A DNA stretch of 58,778 bases, counting the filler, from Sphacelaria rigidula (taxonomy: Eukaryota), in assembly GCA_964200075.2 (NCBI GenBank). It is 5 parts of 5 records of this genome, joined end to end, with 100 filler letters (N's around TTAATTAATTAA, not from the genome) between each part and the next. Parts side by side here need not be neighbours in the genome. Positions count along the whole stretch, not along the records: positions 23,555 to 35,230 come from CAXNAA020004637.1; positions 35,331 to 47,005 come from CAXNAA020004638.1; 3 more parts are not named here. One strand, given 5' to 3'. The notes under the pieces are model-generated. The model saw nothing but the letters and a program-made list of their open reading frames with translations. It searched no databases and was not told where the DNA came from. Each line of letters begins with the position of its first letter. Position 1 is the stretch's first letter. Below are positions 24,286 through 36,794 of the stretch, in pieces. The translations under genes were made by a program, and so were the position numbers.

Positions 24286-26921
24286 GTAGTAGAAACCGCT
24301 CGCCTGCGACTGAATCAACAACGCGGGGCCACCTTGAGGGGCGCGAAGGTGACGAAGCATGTGTGTCTATCCGAAGAGACGCAGTGGGCAGCAAGAACAG
24401 TGAGAGTACAGTAGTCGGTGCTGAACTAGCAGCCGCTGGCAGTGCTGTTGGAAGAGGCAAACAAGTCACACAGCCATCGCTAGTCCGAGGGGACAGGCGG
24501 GAGAGCGCTAGAGGCGCTGCCGCTATTGCCGTCAAGGAACGAGCCGGACGGGAGGTGGCGGCTGTAGCGAGTATGGGTGACATTGCTGCTCCTGTTGGCG
24601 ATGTTGAGAGGGCGAGGCCTACATGGGCCAATGAGCGAGTACTGGTGGGCGGAGGTCCCAGTTGCTTGTTGCCGCCGGACCAGCGCGTAGCTGGAGACAG
24701 GAGGTGGCGGCTGTAGCGAGTATGGGCGATACTGCTGCTGCTGTGGGCGATGTTGAGAGGGCGAGGCCTACATGGGCCAATGAGCAAGCACTGGTGGGCG
24801 GAGGTCCCAGTTGCTTGTTGCCTCCGGACCAGCGCGGAGCTGCAGATACTGCTTGCATGCTCGTAGCTGAAGGGGGGTGTTATTCGCGTATTGCGAGCGA
24901 GCAGGGTGAGCAAGGAGCTTGCCGTGCTCATGGTGAATCTATCTGCGCCGGTGACATGGCGGGAGATCGGTCAGATGATTAGCAGGGGTGTCTACTTGAA
25001 GGACGAGTGGGTGCTGGGTTAGCGGAATTGCCGCCCGAGCAGCGCGTAGCTGTGGACACGCCTTGTATGATCGGGACAACAGGGGCGTGTGACTCGCGTG
25101 AAGCGCGTACGCAGAGCGAGCTGCAAGCTCGTGATGCTGTCAGTGATCACAATTCTGACGGCGACGACGAGCGTCGCGTGGTGTTGGTTGCGGTGGTCGT
25201 GTGCGTTGCTGTTTACATGGACAGCTTTGGCGTGTTTGGCGGCGATGGCGGAGGTTTGTCCACTGTTTCGCCGCGGAGTGTTTGAGGAGGATAGAGTGCC
25301 ATCAGGAGGTGTTGCTGTTTCTGTTTCGCCTCTCGTTTGTTCTGTAAAACTGCCTCAAGCACTGGTTCAGTACTGCCCTAGTATCTGTGGAGGAAGGTGG
25401 CTTGTCGCATTGGTTCGGCGGGGATGTAACGTTTGATGGCGAGCTGAGCGGCTTCACGAGGGTGCGAGCTGTAGCTGGACTCCTGGCGCGAGGAGCGAGT
25501 GTTCGCGTTGAAACGCTGCTCTACGCTGTGTGCACGGGGTCGTGGTTCGAGTGCTGCTGTTTCTCAGGAGCGGGCTGGAGGACCACCACAAAGAAAGCAT
25601 CACCTGAGGTGCTTGCTGTTGTGGTGAGCGCCGAGTTGGGTGCTGATGTTGACGAGCGAGTGCTAAGGCGATTGAGTGCTTGTTGAGAATGAGGAAACAC
25701 ATTATGACTGGTATTCGCGAATCGTTTTGGAAATGATTGCAGCTTGTTATTGTGTGGTTTGTGCTCATGTTCGCGCATGAAACGTGGTTGTTGAGCGAGC
25801 ATGATCTTATCGCGTGTGCAGGCTAAAACTCTGGCGTACACGCGGATATTTGGTGTGTGTGTGTTGCGCTGATCTGGTTGGCACGAACGATGCATGGTGC
25901 TTGTTGCTGCGAGAAAGGTGGCATTGCATGTGCTGAGTGAAATATTGGCATGCATGTGCGGATTTTCATATGCTGAGTGGAATTTGGCAGGCATGTACGA
26001 ATTTTTGCTTGAATGGTACTGATATATATGGTATCTGGTGACGATCTAGGGTGGAGCAGTTTTCAATGTACTGCTGTATGCTAGATGAAGAGATGCTCGT
26101 ATAATCTTGTTCGCGCAGGAACACAGTCGAATCATAATTGTGCGGTTAACACGCACTGACTACAAGATATATGGATTGCTGCTGTTAGCTTAAAAATGAG
26201 CAAACACTACGAAATGTGTAGGCTCGTACCGACTGCAGGAGACGGTGGCATCTGCTGTTAGCGTGAAAATGAGCTGAAAGGTACGGAATGTGTAGGCTCG
26301 TCGCATGTGAGTCCTTTGATTGTCTGAATGAAATGATGGCAAGTTGAAGCATTGAAGCTTTGACGGCGGGGACGCATGCGATGCATACGTTTTTTACGGT
26401 GTTGCAGAAGCAAGAGGCCAGGTGCGTTTGAGGCTTATTGGGTACCTATTTCCTTCTAGCGTGAGGATGATGTATCATTTGGCTGTTGCACTCCGTCGCG
26501 CAGGTGTTGAACGTACAAAGAGTGCAATTTTTATGTTCAAAAGTACCTTGTCTCGGATGAGAGGTATGATGAGTCACGAATGCTCTGGAATTGGACGTTC
26601 GCCGATATTTCCGGTTTTGTGCCGATGAAGAATCAAGAGACTTGTTTTCGGCAAAGATTTGAGAATTCGGCGCTAGCTATCGCTTTGTAACTCGAAGTGG
26701 TGCAAGTAGTATGACTGCATGTTCATGATGGACAATATATTTTTGGGATCTCTTGCGAGTTGTTTGGAAGTGGGGCAAGCTTGTATGGAGCTGTTGTCGA
26801 AAGCAGCGAAAGAGATTGCTTTTCTTTGCGGGAAACGACGGTACTTTCAGGTACCAATGATGTCTGAGTTTGTCAAGTTTTGATGTAACTACTTGTTGGT
26901 AGTAGAGAGCTTTGGGGGTGC

Positions 26922-27149
26922 TGTAGACTCTAGTCACCATTGTTACCTAAGGTTAGGGACATTGTGTAGGAAGAGTTGCGGGTCTGATCGCCGGACTCTG
27001 TGATGGATGACCTCCATCACGAGTACAGCCGGTTTTGCCACTCTGGTGGAGAGAGGCTATGTTCCTGTTCTCCCGTACTCTGCTGAGTGTTAATACATAA
27101 ATAAGTAAAGCTGCTGAAGTCCATGTGCCCGTGATGGGAGGAGTCTACA
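26922..27149 (+). mobile_element. LTR (228 bp), flanked by a PPT upstream and a PBS downstream
   Basis: Starts TGTAGACTC and ends GAGTCTACA (9-bp perfect terminal inverted repeat); immediately followed by TGGcgatctgatcttgag (PBS-like). Confidence 0.85.
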
Positions 27150-27182
27150 TGGCGATCTGATCTTGAGTGACAGAAGTCTACA

Positions 27183-28180
27183 GGTGGGATCTACAACACA
27201 TCCCGTCCTGCTACATGCACGCAAAATAAACCCTCACCATCTTTCGAAAATTGTCCAACAGCTGCTACAAAAGTAGGGGCTCCAGCAACCATCACCCCGA
27301 ACCCGATTGAGCCTGCTCTTGGGCCGCACGAGTAGCGTTCTTCGACGGCAGCGTTTCATCAGGCTGACCGCTCGCAAACACGACCGCAGCAGGCACAGAC
27401 ACCACCGGAATGTTTACCCACCTTGACAATATATCTCCCCAGCAGTTGCACTCACCAGCAATGTGCCTGATGGAGTAATCGTACTGCCCGAGCACAGCCT
27501 TCCGTTACTCGACCCTCTGGGCAGCAGTCTCATACACGGGTGCAACGCACGCCTCAGGGTTGAAAATGTATGCTAGGTTACGATGATCGGTGAAGATATG
27601 AAGCCCACCCCATAGAAGATTCTCCAACCTACGGAAAGTACTTTCGATCGCATAGCCTTTCTTGTCCACCGTAGCCCAACGAACCTGCGCTCCACGAGAA
27701 CTTCCGCTGAGAGAGCGCATCGACTCATGGCTCATGTCTTCCACCGCCAATGTACCACCCAGCTCATCCTCCGGTACCTGGGTAAGAAAACTTCCCCAGT
27801 GTAGATCCGATGAGTCTGGAAACATGAGCACCTCTTACCCCTGCTCGGGATATGACAAAGCGACAGCATGCGCCACCACATCTTGCGCCTCGTGCCACGC
27901 TTGAGCACGCCTGGACATTCATGCCGACTCCTCGATTGTCGAGTTTGACGCCACTCGCTTGGTACGGCGCACGTTTCCCTGCATATGCTCCTCCAGTAAT
28001 ACCCGCAGCGGTTCCACCACCTCCGCCAAACCCGCAAGGGACGTTCACGGCCAGTTTACCGCCTGCAGCAACTGCATAAGCTCGCCTGCTGTGCGTGGGC
28101 GCCCAAGATTGGCCAGCTCGCTCAGTCTCTCGCGGTCATGAGCCACTTGACCACCTGAAAAGACCTTTCCGTATCACGAT
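27183..28180 (-). pseudogene. Decayed Ty3/gypsy pol fragment (RT thumb/connection, RNase H, pre-integrase linker)
   Basis: Minus-strand translation YGKVFSGGQVAHDRERL..PRTAGELMQLLQAVNW..LMFPDSSDLHWGSFLTQ..RWATVDKKGYAI..LHIFTDHRNLAYIFNPE..YDYSIRHIAGECNCWGDILSRW..GRDVL*IP, with in-frame stops and frameshifts. Confidence 0.9.
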
Positions 28181-28785
28181 ACAGGGCAGCTGTGCGGGAC
28201 TGTATGGATGTTCCCGTTTTGCCTCTTATTTCCTCCGTAAAAGTGACTGAAGAAAGAGCGTTTGTGAATGCGCAAGCATCTGTGGGGGCAGAGGATCTGT
28301 CGCATTGGTTTGGCGGTGCAAATATACCTTTTAGAGGCGTGTTGAGCTACACACCATGGGGGTGTCGGGTGTAGCTAGACTGAAGGTGCAAGGAGGGAGT
28401 GTCCGAGAGAAAACGCTGCTCTACGCTGTGCACGGGGTTGTGATTCGAGTGCTGCTGTTACGTGTTGTGTCTCTTTCGCGCTCTGCACAACGGAAACAGC
28501 TGCCCTGCATCGTTGCTTGAGATGCACACCACCGACTGCACGTTCAGCGGGTGCACTATCGTGCCTGTCCCCTCGAGCAGACACATGCTTCTCGGCTTTA
28601 ACAATGCGAGCAGCTGCCCTATATCGCTGTTTAAAACGCGCATCACCTACATCATGTTCAGCGGGTGCACTGCCGTGCCTGTCCCCTCGGGCAGACACAT
28701 GCTTCTCGGCTTTCACAGTGCGAGCAGCTGCCCTGTATCGTTGTTTCAGACGTATAGACCTCTATCACTCAAGATGAGATGGTCA

Positions 28786-29013
28786 TGTGGACTCCTCTCA
28801 TCACGGGCACATGGACTTCAGCAGCGTTAGTCATTCATATATTGACCCTCAGCAGAGTACAGGAGAAGAGGACCATAGCCTCTCTCCACCAGAGTAGCGT
28901 AAACATGCTTACTCGTCATGGAGGTCACCCATCACAGAGTCCGGCAATAAGACCCGCAACTCCACCTACACAATCTCCCTAACCTCAGGTAACAATGGTG
29001 GCTAGTGCCTACA
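28786..29013 (-). mobile_element. LTR copy (minus strand) with PPT (29014-29021) and degenerate PBS
   Basis: Reverse complement of 26922-27149; bounded on the plus strand by gatgagatggtca|tgtggactc and gcctaca|gcaccccc. Confidence 0.85.
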
Positions 29014-29773
29014 GCACCCCCAAAGCTCTCTACCACCAACAAGCGGTTACATCAGAGCTTGACAAACTCAGACATCATTGGTGCCTGATAGTACCGTCGT
29101 TTTCCGCAAATAATAGCAATCTCTTCCGCTGCTCTCGACAATAGCTCCATAAGAGCTTGCCCCACTTACAAACAACTCGCAAGAGATCCCAAGAAAATAT
29201 CGTATATCATGAACATGCGATCACGCCACTTGTACCGCTTCGAGTAACAAAGCGATAGCTAGCTTCAAATTCTCAAATCTTCTCTCAAAACGATCATCAC
29301 AGGAACGATAACTTTCCATACACACGACGCGCTTGGCCACCAAACGGCAATGGCCATACACACCTCTTCCTCACGCAAGTCTCATCACGTGTTTGAAGTC
29401 CTCCCTTAGACTGCTCTTCTTGACCGTACCTGGCCAGGCGTGGAACACGCAACCCTCGCTGGCTCCTCCAGGTAGTAGTTGCGCCGCTTTTCTGGAACGC
29501 TCACGGGCTCGCCAGCTGTCGATCAACCCCCCGCTTCTCACGCACAGGCGATACCACGGCCCGCCATAGCACTGCCTCAGATACCTCCTCGGCTCTACTT
29601 CTTCAACTCCTAGCGACGTTAACATGCCCTGAGCTGGTCTCGTTTGCTCCAAACTGATCAGGCCTGCAGACTTCCTTATCTTGAAGTGTCAGCTGCTTTT
29701 CAGCGGACCTACCGCCTCAGCGAACTTCATAAACGTCCGTGATAGACTTCTGTCACTCAAGATCAGATCGCCA

Positions 29774-30127
29774 TGTGGACTTCTCTCATCACGGGCACAT
29801 GGACTACAGCAGCGTTAGTCATTCATGTGTTTACCCTCAGCATGCATGGTACAAGCGAACAGGACCATAGCCTCTCTCCACCAGAGTAGCGTAAACATGC
29901 TTACTCGTCATGGAGGTCACCTATCAAGGAGTCCCGGCAATCAGACCCGCAACTCCACCTACACAATGTCACTAACCTTGGGTAACAATGGTGGCTAGAG
30001 TCTACACCTCTCTCTACCAGAGTAGCAAAGCCAAGTCTACTCGTCATGGAGGTCACCCATCACAGAGTCCGGCAATCAGACCCGCAACTCCACCTACATA
30101 ATGTGACAATGGTGGCTAGAGTCTACA
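29774..30127 (-). mobile_element. Full LTR (29774-30006) plus a tandem partial LTR (~30008-30127); PBS ends at 29773 and leader sequence runs ~29290-29760
   Basis: gatcagatcgcca|tgtggact...gagtctaca; a second gagtctaca|gcaccctc at 30127. Leader 29400-29560 matches 34208-34365. Confidence 0.85.
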
Positions 30128-33100
30128 GCACCCTCGAAGCTCTCTATCACCAACAAGTAGTTACATCAGAACTTGACAAACTCAGACATCATTGATGCCT
30201 GAAAGTACCGTCGTTTTCCGCAAGGAATAGCAATCAATCCCTCTAGCTGCTTTCGACAACAGCTCCATACAAGCTTGCCCCACTTCCAAACAACTCGCAA
30301 GAGATCCCAAGAAAATATCGTCTCTCATGAACATGCAATCACGCTACTTGCACCACTTCGAGTTACAAAAGCGATAGCTAGCGCCAAATTCTCGAATCTT
30401 CGCCCAAAACAAGTCTCTCGACTATTCATCGGCACGAAACCGGAAACGTCAGCGGACGTCCAATTCCAGAGCATTCGTGACTCATCGTCCATCTAATCTG
30501 AAACAAGGTACTTTTCAACATAAAAAATGCACTCTTCGTACGTTCAATACCTGCACAACGGAGTGCAACAGTCAAATGATACTTCATCCTCACGCTAAAA
30601 GGAAATAAGCACCCAACAAGTCTCAAACGCACCTGGCCTCTTGCCTCTGCAACACCGTCAAAAACGTATGCATCGCATGCCTCCCCGCCGTCAAAGCTTC
30701 AATGCTTCAACTTGCCATCATTTCATTCAGACAATTAAAGGAAAGCCTTGACTCAAACCGCTATTCGAGTCATGCATACTAATTCAACGACGGCGAACCG
30801 ACTTCGACCTCCGCCACCGTTGATCACCCCTCGTGATCTCGTTTTCGAACGATTGGGTTCGAGCAAATCCCAGATATTTCTATATTTCGTTTGGGTCTTG
30901 GACCGTCACATCCCATCCGCGCATCAGCCAAAATGTAGAAACGATGAATTCCTCGACACTCATGCAGTCCGCCTGCACCAGTTCTTCGAATAAATGGACG
31001 CATCATCCACATGCTCGTTCTGACATGAACGAATAACCAAACATGTGCTCGTTCAAACACGTGACAATCCATACAAAAACGTACCACTGTGACGGTTTGA
31101 GAGATAACCAACTAGACTACTGACCAGTCAGCCAACTAGACTACTGACCAGTCAGCGCTGACTGGTCAGTAGTCTAGTTGGTTGTATCTTGAACCGTCAC
31201 AAAAGTCAGTCGTGGCGGTTCGATGCCCGTCGCTTTCACTCCGAGGAGTGCGATTCCCCTTGCTAGCGCTCTATCGACTGCCATCAGGATCTCTACTGTT
31301 GTCGCTCTCACCGTACGCTTGGATTACTCGTCTCCCCTACTCATTTCCAGAGTGTGTGCACTGAGATCCCCAGCAGTACACTCCAAACATAGCCACCAGG
31401 TTATACCCCACCCTTTTTCTCTGGGCCAATTTTTATAGAGGTTTTCTCTCCTCTTTTTCTTCAAGGAAAGTGCGTCCGACGGGAATCGGAGCAGCGACTA
31501 TATTTTGCGACGATTTTTCTCGTACCGTCACATCACGGCCAAAGATCATTGATGCATTCGCGCATACTGTCTTTATCTTCAACCATCTAAAGCACTCGCG
31601 TCATACCTGCTCACATACGACGAGCCTACGCATTTCGTACCTTTCAGCTCATTTTCACGCTAGTAGCAGGTGTCACCGTCTCCTACAGACAGTACGAGCG
31701 TACGCACTTCGTAGCTTTTTGCTCATCATCACGCTAACAGCAGGTGTCACCGTATGCTGCAGTCAGACGTGCAAACCGCACAATTATGATTCGACTGTGT
31801 CCCTGAGCGAACAAGATTATACGAGCTCCTCTTCATTTAGCATACAGCAGTACATTGAAAACTGCTCCACCCTAGGTCGCCACCAGATATCATTCATATC
31901 AGTACCATTCAAGCAAAAATTGCACATGATTGCCAAAATTCCACTCAGCATATGAAAATCCGCACATGCATGCCAATATTTCACTCAGCACACGCAATGC
32001 CACCTTCCTCGCAGCAAGCACGATGCATCGTCCGTGCCAACCAGATCAGCACAACACACACATGTCCAATACCCACGTGTACGCCAGAAGTTCACTCTGC
32101 ACACGCGATAAGATCATGCTCGCTCAACAACCATGTTTCATGCGCAAACATGACCACAAACCACACAATAACAAGCTGCAACCATTCCCAAAATGATTCG
32201 CGAATACCAGTCACAATGTGTTTCCTCATTCTCAACAAGCACTCAATCACCTCAGCACTTGCTCCTCAACATCAGCACCCAACTCGGCGCTCACCACAAC
32301 AGCGAACACCTCAGGTAATGCCTTTGTAGTCCTCGAGCCCGCTCCTGAGAAACAGCAACACTCGAACCACGACCCCGTGCACAGCGTAGAGCAGCGTTTC
32401 CATTCAAACACTCGCTCCTCGCGCCATGAGTCCAGCTACAGCCCGCACCCTCGTGAAGCCGCTCAGCTCGCCACTAAACGGTATATCCGCACCGCCGAAC
32501 CAATGCGACAGATCCTTCGCCCCCACAGATGCTTGCGCATTCACGAACACTCGTTCTCCAGTCGCTTTTCAAAGGAAACAGGAGGCGAAATGGGAACATC
32601 CACACAGTCCAGAACAGCAACACCTCCTGATGGCACACTATCCTCCTCAAACACTCCGCGGCGAAACAGTGGACAAACCTCCGCCATCGCCGCCAAACAC
32701 GCCAAAGCTGTCTATGTAAACAGCAACGCACACGACCACCCCAACACCACACGACGCTCGTCGTCGCCGTCAGAATTGTGATCGCTGCCAGCATCATGAG
32801 CTTGCAGCTCGCTCTACGTACCCGCTTCTCGCGCGTCACACGCCCCTGTTGTCTCGATCATGCAAGGCGTGTGCACAGCCACTCGCTGCTCCGGCGGCAA
32901 TTCCGCCAACCCGGCATCCACCTGTCCTTCAAGCAGACACCCCTGCGAATCATCTGACCGATCTCCCGCCATGTCACCGGCGCAGATAGATTCACCATGA
33001 GCACGGCAAGCTCCTTGCTCACCCTGCTCGCTCGCAATACGCGAATAACACCCCCCTGCAGCTTCGAGCATGCAAGCAGTATCTCCAGCTACGCGCTGGT

Positions 33101-34370
33101 CCGGCGGCAACAAGCAACTGGGACCTCCGCCCACCAGTACTTGCTCATTGGCCCATGTAGGCCTCGCCCTCTCAACATCGCCAACAGGAGCAGCAATGTC
33201 ACCCATACTCGCTACAGCCGCCACCTCCTGTCCGGCTTGTTCTTTGACGGCAATAGCGGCAGCGCCTCTAGCGCTCTCCTGCCTGTCCCCTCGGACTAGC
33301 GATGGCTGTGTGACTTGTTCGCCTCTTCCAACGGCACTGCCAGCGGCTGCTAGTTCAGCACCGACTACTGTACTCTCACTGTTCTTGCTGCCCACTGCGT
33401 CTCTTCGGACAGACACATGCTTCGTCACCTTCGCGCCCCTCAAAGTGGCACCGCGTTGTTGCTTCAGTCGCAGACCATCGGTTTCTACTACTACGCTCAG
33501 CAGGGGCCCTGTCGCGCCTATCCCGTCGGGTAGACACATGCTTCTCGGCTTTTACAGTGCAAGCAGCTGCACTGTATCGTTGTTCCAGACGCGGACCACC
33601 TACTGCACGTTCGACGGGTGCACTGTTGTGCCGGTCCCCTCGGGCAGACACATGTTTCTCGGCTTTTACAGTGCAAGCAGCGGCCCTGTACCGTTCTTTC
33701 AGACGCGGACCACCTACTGCACGTTCGGCGGGTGCACTGTCGTGCCTGTCCCCTCGGGCAGACACCCATTCGACGATGCATGCTTGCGCAACGCGAAAAG
33801 CAGCTGCTCGAACATCATGAGCATGTTTCAAGAACGTGTCACGAAGACATTCCGCAAAATGTTTCGGCATGAGGTCAGAAATTGCTGCCACCTCGAAGAG
33901 ATTTCTCCACCGCGGGTTCACCTGATCTACATCTCGCACATTTTGGTCGTATTTCCATGAAATCTCGGCCGAGTTCTCGCTCGAGAAACTGCGGCTGTAG
34001 TACGGCATCTCCAGCGCCAGTAAAGGAACAACACGACCATCGACGATGACATATTCCTGCGCCTTGTACATTTCGGTCAGCAGTACAGCACTTCACACCG
34101 CCTTTTTCGAAAGATGAAGTCGCCTCCCACTCACGGGAACAACAACCATCTCCTTACAACGACGACCACACATGCATTTTCCTCACCCGGTTCTCACCAC
34201 GTCTTGTAGTCCTTAGACTCCTCTTCCTGACCGTGCCTGGCCAGGCGTGGAACACGCAACCCTCGCTGGCTCCTCCAGGCAGTAGTTGCGCCACTTTTCT
34301 GGAACGTTCACGAGCTCGCCAGCTGTCGATCAACCCCCCGCTCCTCACGCACGAGCGATACCACGATACA
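30128..34370 (-). mobile_element. Non-autonomous LTR retroelement copy B interior (leader, gag-like ORF 34071-33376, non-coding region)
   Basis: Inverted homologue of 23640-26921, with an extra ~870 bp (30743-31609) absent from copy A. The 231-aa ORF MYKAQEYVIVDGRVVPLLALEMPYY... sits at the gag position; gag identity is inferred from position only. Confidence 0.75.
31088..31201. repeat. Small palindromic element with a perfect 50-bp palindrome (31132-31181) and a 24-bp duplication in the left arm
   Basis: tgtgacggtt...aaccgtcaca termini; core ccaactagactactgaccagtcagc|gctgactggtcagtagtctagttgg. Confidence 0.9.
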
Positions 34371-34379
34371 GGAGCGCGC

Positions 34380-35230
34380 TGAGCAGGAGGTGGTGGCTGA
34401 AGCGGGCATATTTCATCCAGCCGCTGCTGCCGCTGCTCTTGGAAGTGCGAAGCCAATTTTCTCCGATGATCTAGCGCTGAGAGGCAAAGGCCCTGGTTGC
34501 TTGTGGGCGCTGGACCAGCGCGTGATTGGGGACACACCTCGCATGCTCATCGCTGCAATGGGGTGTCATCTTCGTGATGAGAGTGAGCAGAGCAAGCTTG
34601 GGGCTTGCGATGCTCAGGGTGATTCTATCTGCTCCAGTGATTCGGCGGGAGATTATTCAGATGATTCGCAGGGGCGCCTACTTGCAGGAAAAGTGGATGC
34701 CGGCTTGGGGGATATGGATTCGCCGGATCGCATGGTGTTGCGGTGGTCGTGTGCATTGCTGTTTACATAGACAGCTTTGGCGTGTTTGGCGGTGATGGCG
34801 GAGGTTTCTCCACTGTTTCGCCGCGGAGTGTTTGAGGAGGACAGTGTGCCATCAGGAGGTGTTGCTGTTCTTGACTGTATAGCTGTTCTTGTGTCACCTC
34901 TCGTTTCCTCTGTAAAACTGACTGAAGCACAGGTTTCAGTACTGCCCAAGTATCTGTCGAGGCAGATGGCTTGTCGCATCGCATTGGCTCGGCGGTGCGG
35001 ATATACCGTTTAGTGGCGAGCTGAGCGGCTTCACGAGGGTGCGGGCTGTAGCTGGACTCATGGCGCGAGGAGCGAGTGTTCGAATGGAAACGCTGCTCTA
35101 CGCTGTGCACGGGGTCGTGGTTCGAGTGTTGCTGTTTCTCAGGAGCGGGCTCGAGGACTACAAAGGCATTACCTGAGGTGCTTGCAGTTGTGGTAAGCGC
35201 CGAGTTGGGTGCTGATGTTGAGGAGCAAGT
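34380..35230 (+). mobile_element. Third fragment of the same LTR-element interior, plus orientation, cut by the contig end
   Basis: 34735-35230 aligns with 25180-25660 and with the reverse complement of 32255-32750. Confidence 0.8.
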
Positions 35231-35330
35231 NNNNNNNNNNNNNNNNNNNNNNNNNNNNNNNNNNNNNNNNNNNNTTAATTAATTAANNNNNNNNNNNNNN
35301 NNNNNNNNNNNNNNNNNNNNNNNNNNNNNN
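35231..35330. other. Artificial contig-joining spacer
   Basis: N44-TTAATTAATTAA-N44, 100 bp. Confidence 0.97.
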
Positions 35331-35395
35331 GCGTACTCATTTGTTGCTTGCCTTAGTCGTGTGACCATTGACCACGCATCCCTTTCGAGACGGAG
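35331..35395 (-). repeat. Copy of the ~60-bp repeat seen at 11453-11600
   Basis: gcgtactcatttgttgcttgccttagtcgtgtgaccattgaccacgcatccctttcgagacggag is the reverse complement of that unit. Confidence 0.85.
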
Positions 35396-35435
35396 CAGAG
35401 GAAGGGGGGGGTGCACAGTGTACTTCGGTGCGGTA

Positions 35436-35568
35436 CACACCCTGGACAAAAAAATGTATTGTAAAAAATGTACTGCGTACAGTATAGAGTATATTGTCTG
35501 TTGCAATAGGCGCAATGGTCGATATTGTACGCAGTACACTGTTTGTGTATTCTTTTGTCCAGAGTGTG
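35436..35568. mobile_element. Palindromic MITE with 8-bp TSD (hAT-type), copy 1
   Basis: gtgcggta|cacaccctggacaaaa...ttttgtccagagtgtg|gtgtggta (TSD matches 7/8); homologous to 54391-54528. Confidence 0.8.
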
Positions 35569-36794
35569 GTGTGGTAATGCTGATATATATATATATATAT
35601 CGCGGCAAGAACGGGAAAGGATCCATCACCGGAGGTTGTTGTACATAGTGAAGGTAGTATAAAAAGTACCTGTGTTTCACCGTGCAACCTTTGATGGTAG
35701 TGTATCTCCTTATCGAAAAATGCCCCTCCAGCGAAGCCTGCTACCGTCGGATATTGAGCTAGGACTCTACGCTCTAAATATGCGTATATATATCTCAGAA
35801 AATATCATCAGCAATGGGGGTATGTGAACCGTAACACATGCAGCAAAAAAAACTATAACAGCATGGTGAGGGCAGTCGTATATGTACGTGAACGTCGGCC
35901 ATTTTCATCACCGCGACCTCTATGACCCTGCTCCTTGCAGACATATTGGAACATTAGCAACAGTGAATCTAGGACGTGTTTCGTATTCTGAGCAGCTGAG
36001 AACAGAATGCAAGTACAGTTCCCGAAGTACTCACCAATCTATCCTCCCGACCGGCTCGGACAGGGAAAAATCTTGTTCGTTGCACGCGGCACTGGTCCAA
36101 ACATTCCGTCCATCACCATCTATACCGTCTGGATCCGTGCAAACCGGATGCCCTGAACAGAAGAGAACATCGTGGTCGAAAAACGTTTTCAGTGGTGTCC
36201 TTTGTTACTCTTTACGGCACACTGGCGAGCGCCGGCTTTCTCCCGGCACAAACAAAGACGTGGGTTTGACCCGACCCGGCTTTTCGTTGTTCTTGCAAAG
36301 AGCAAAGAGTACCGAGTCTCCCTACACGTGTACTGCAAGGAACGCGGGAGAACACACGCGGGATGGTGCCAGCACAGGTGCACAGCTGTGGGCATCTCAC
36401 CGGATCTGCGCCGGCTCCGGAACTGGTGCAACATGGAACATATATACTTGTTTCATCTCTAGCATTCTTGGGTGTTACCTTCGATGGCCACTTTTTACCG
36501 GTTCTGGTTGATGCGGCGCCCGGTTTTGGTCGCTGAGCGATCTTTTTGTGGCCACCGTCGACAGGGCAAATCCGTTCAGCGGGCAGCTTGAGGTAGTGGA
36601 CGTTGTACGGATACAACAACCCGACTATAACTCTCAGGTGGAATCGCCGATTCGCCGTGAAAATAACACGACGAACACTGTACCTCGAAGTGGCCACAAA
36701 CGACAACGGATACCTTTTCTGGTCATTGCCTCAGGAGAACAGAAATAAATAACTCTCAGCATCATATGCATGCGAGTGATCCTGCGTATAGGGC

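Larger units (their letters stand above)
23640..27149 (+). mobile_element. Non-autonomous LTR retroelement copy A (decayed gag-like region, long non-coding interior, PPT, 3' LTR)
   Basis: Reverse-complement match to ~29774-34080. Decayed ORF (YVIVDGR...RDVNQVNARRTNLFVVAAISDLMPKH) with 114-bp repeats. PPT-like agagagctttgggggtgc directly before the LTR. No pol. Confidence 0.75.

Noticed and set aside
24206..25436. Long overlapping ORFs (241, 159, 296 aa etc., also 32814-33960) as host genes
   Set aside because: GC-rich repeated interior of the LTR element; frames differ between copies.
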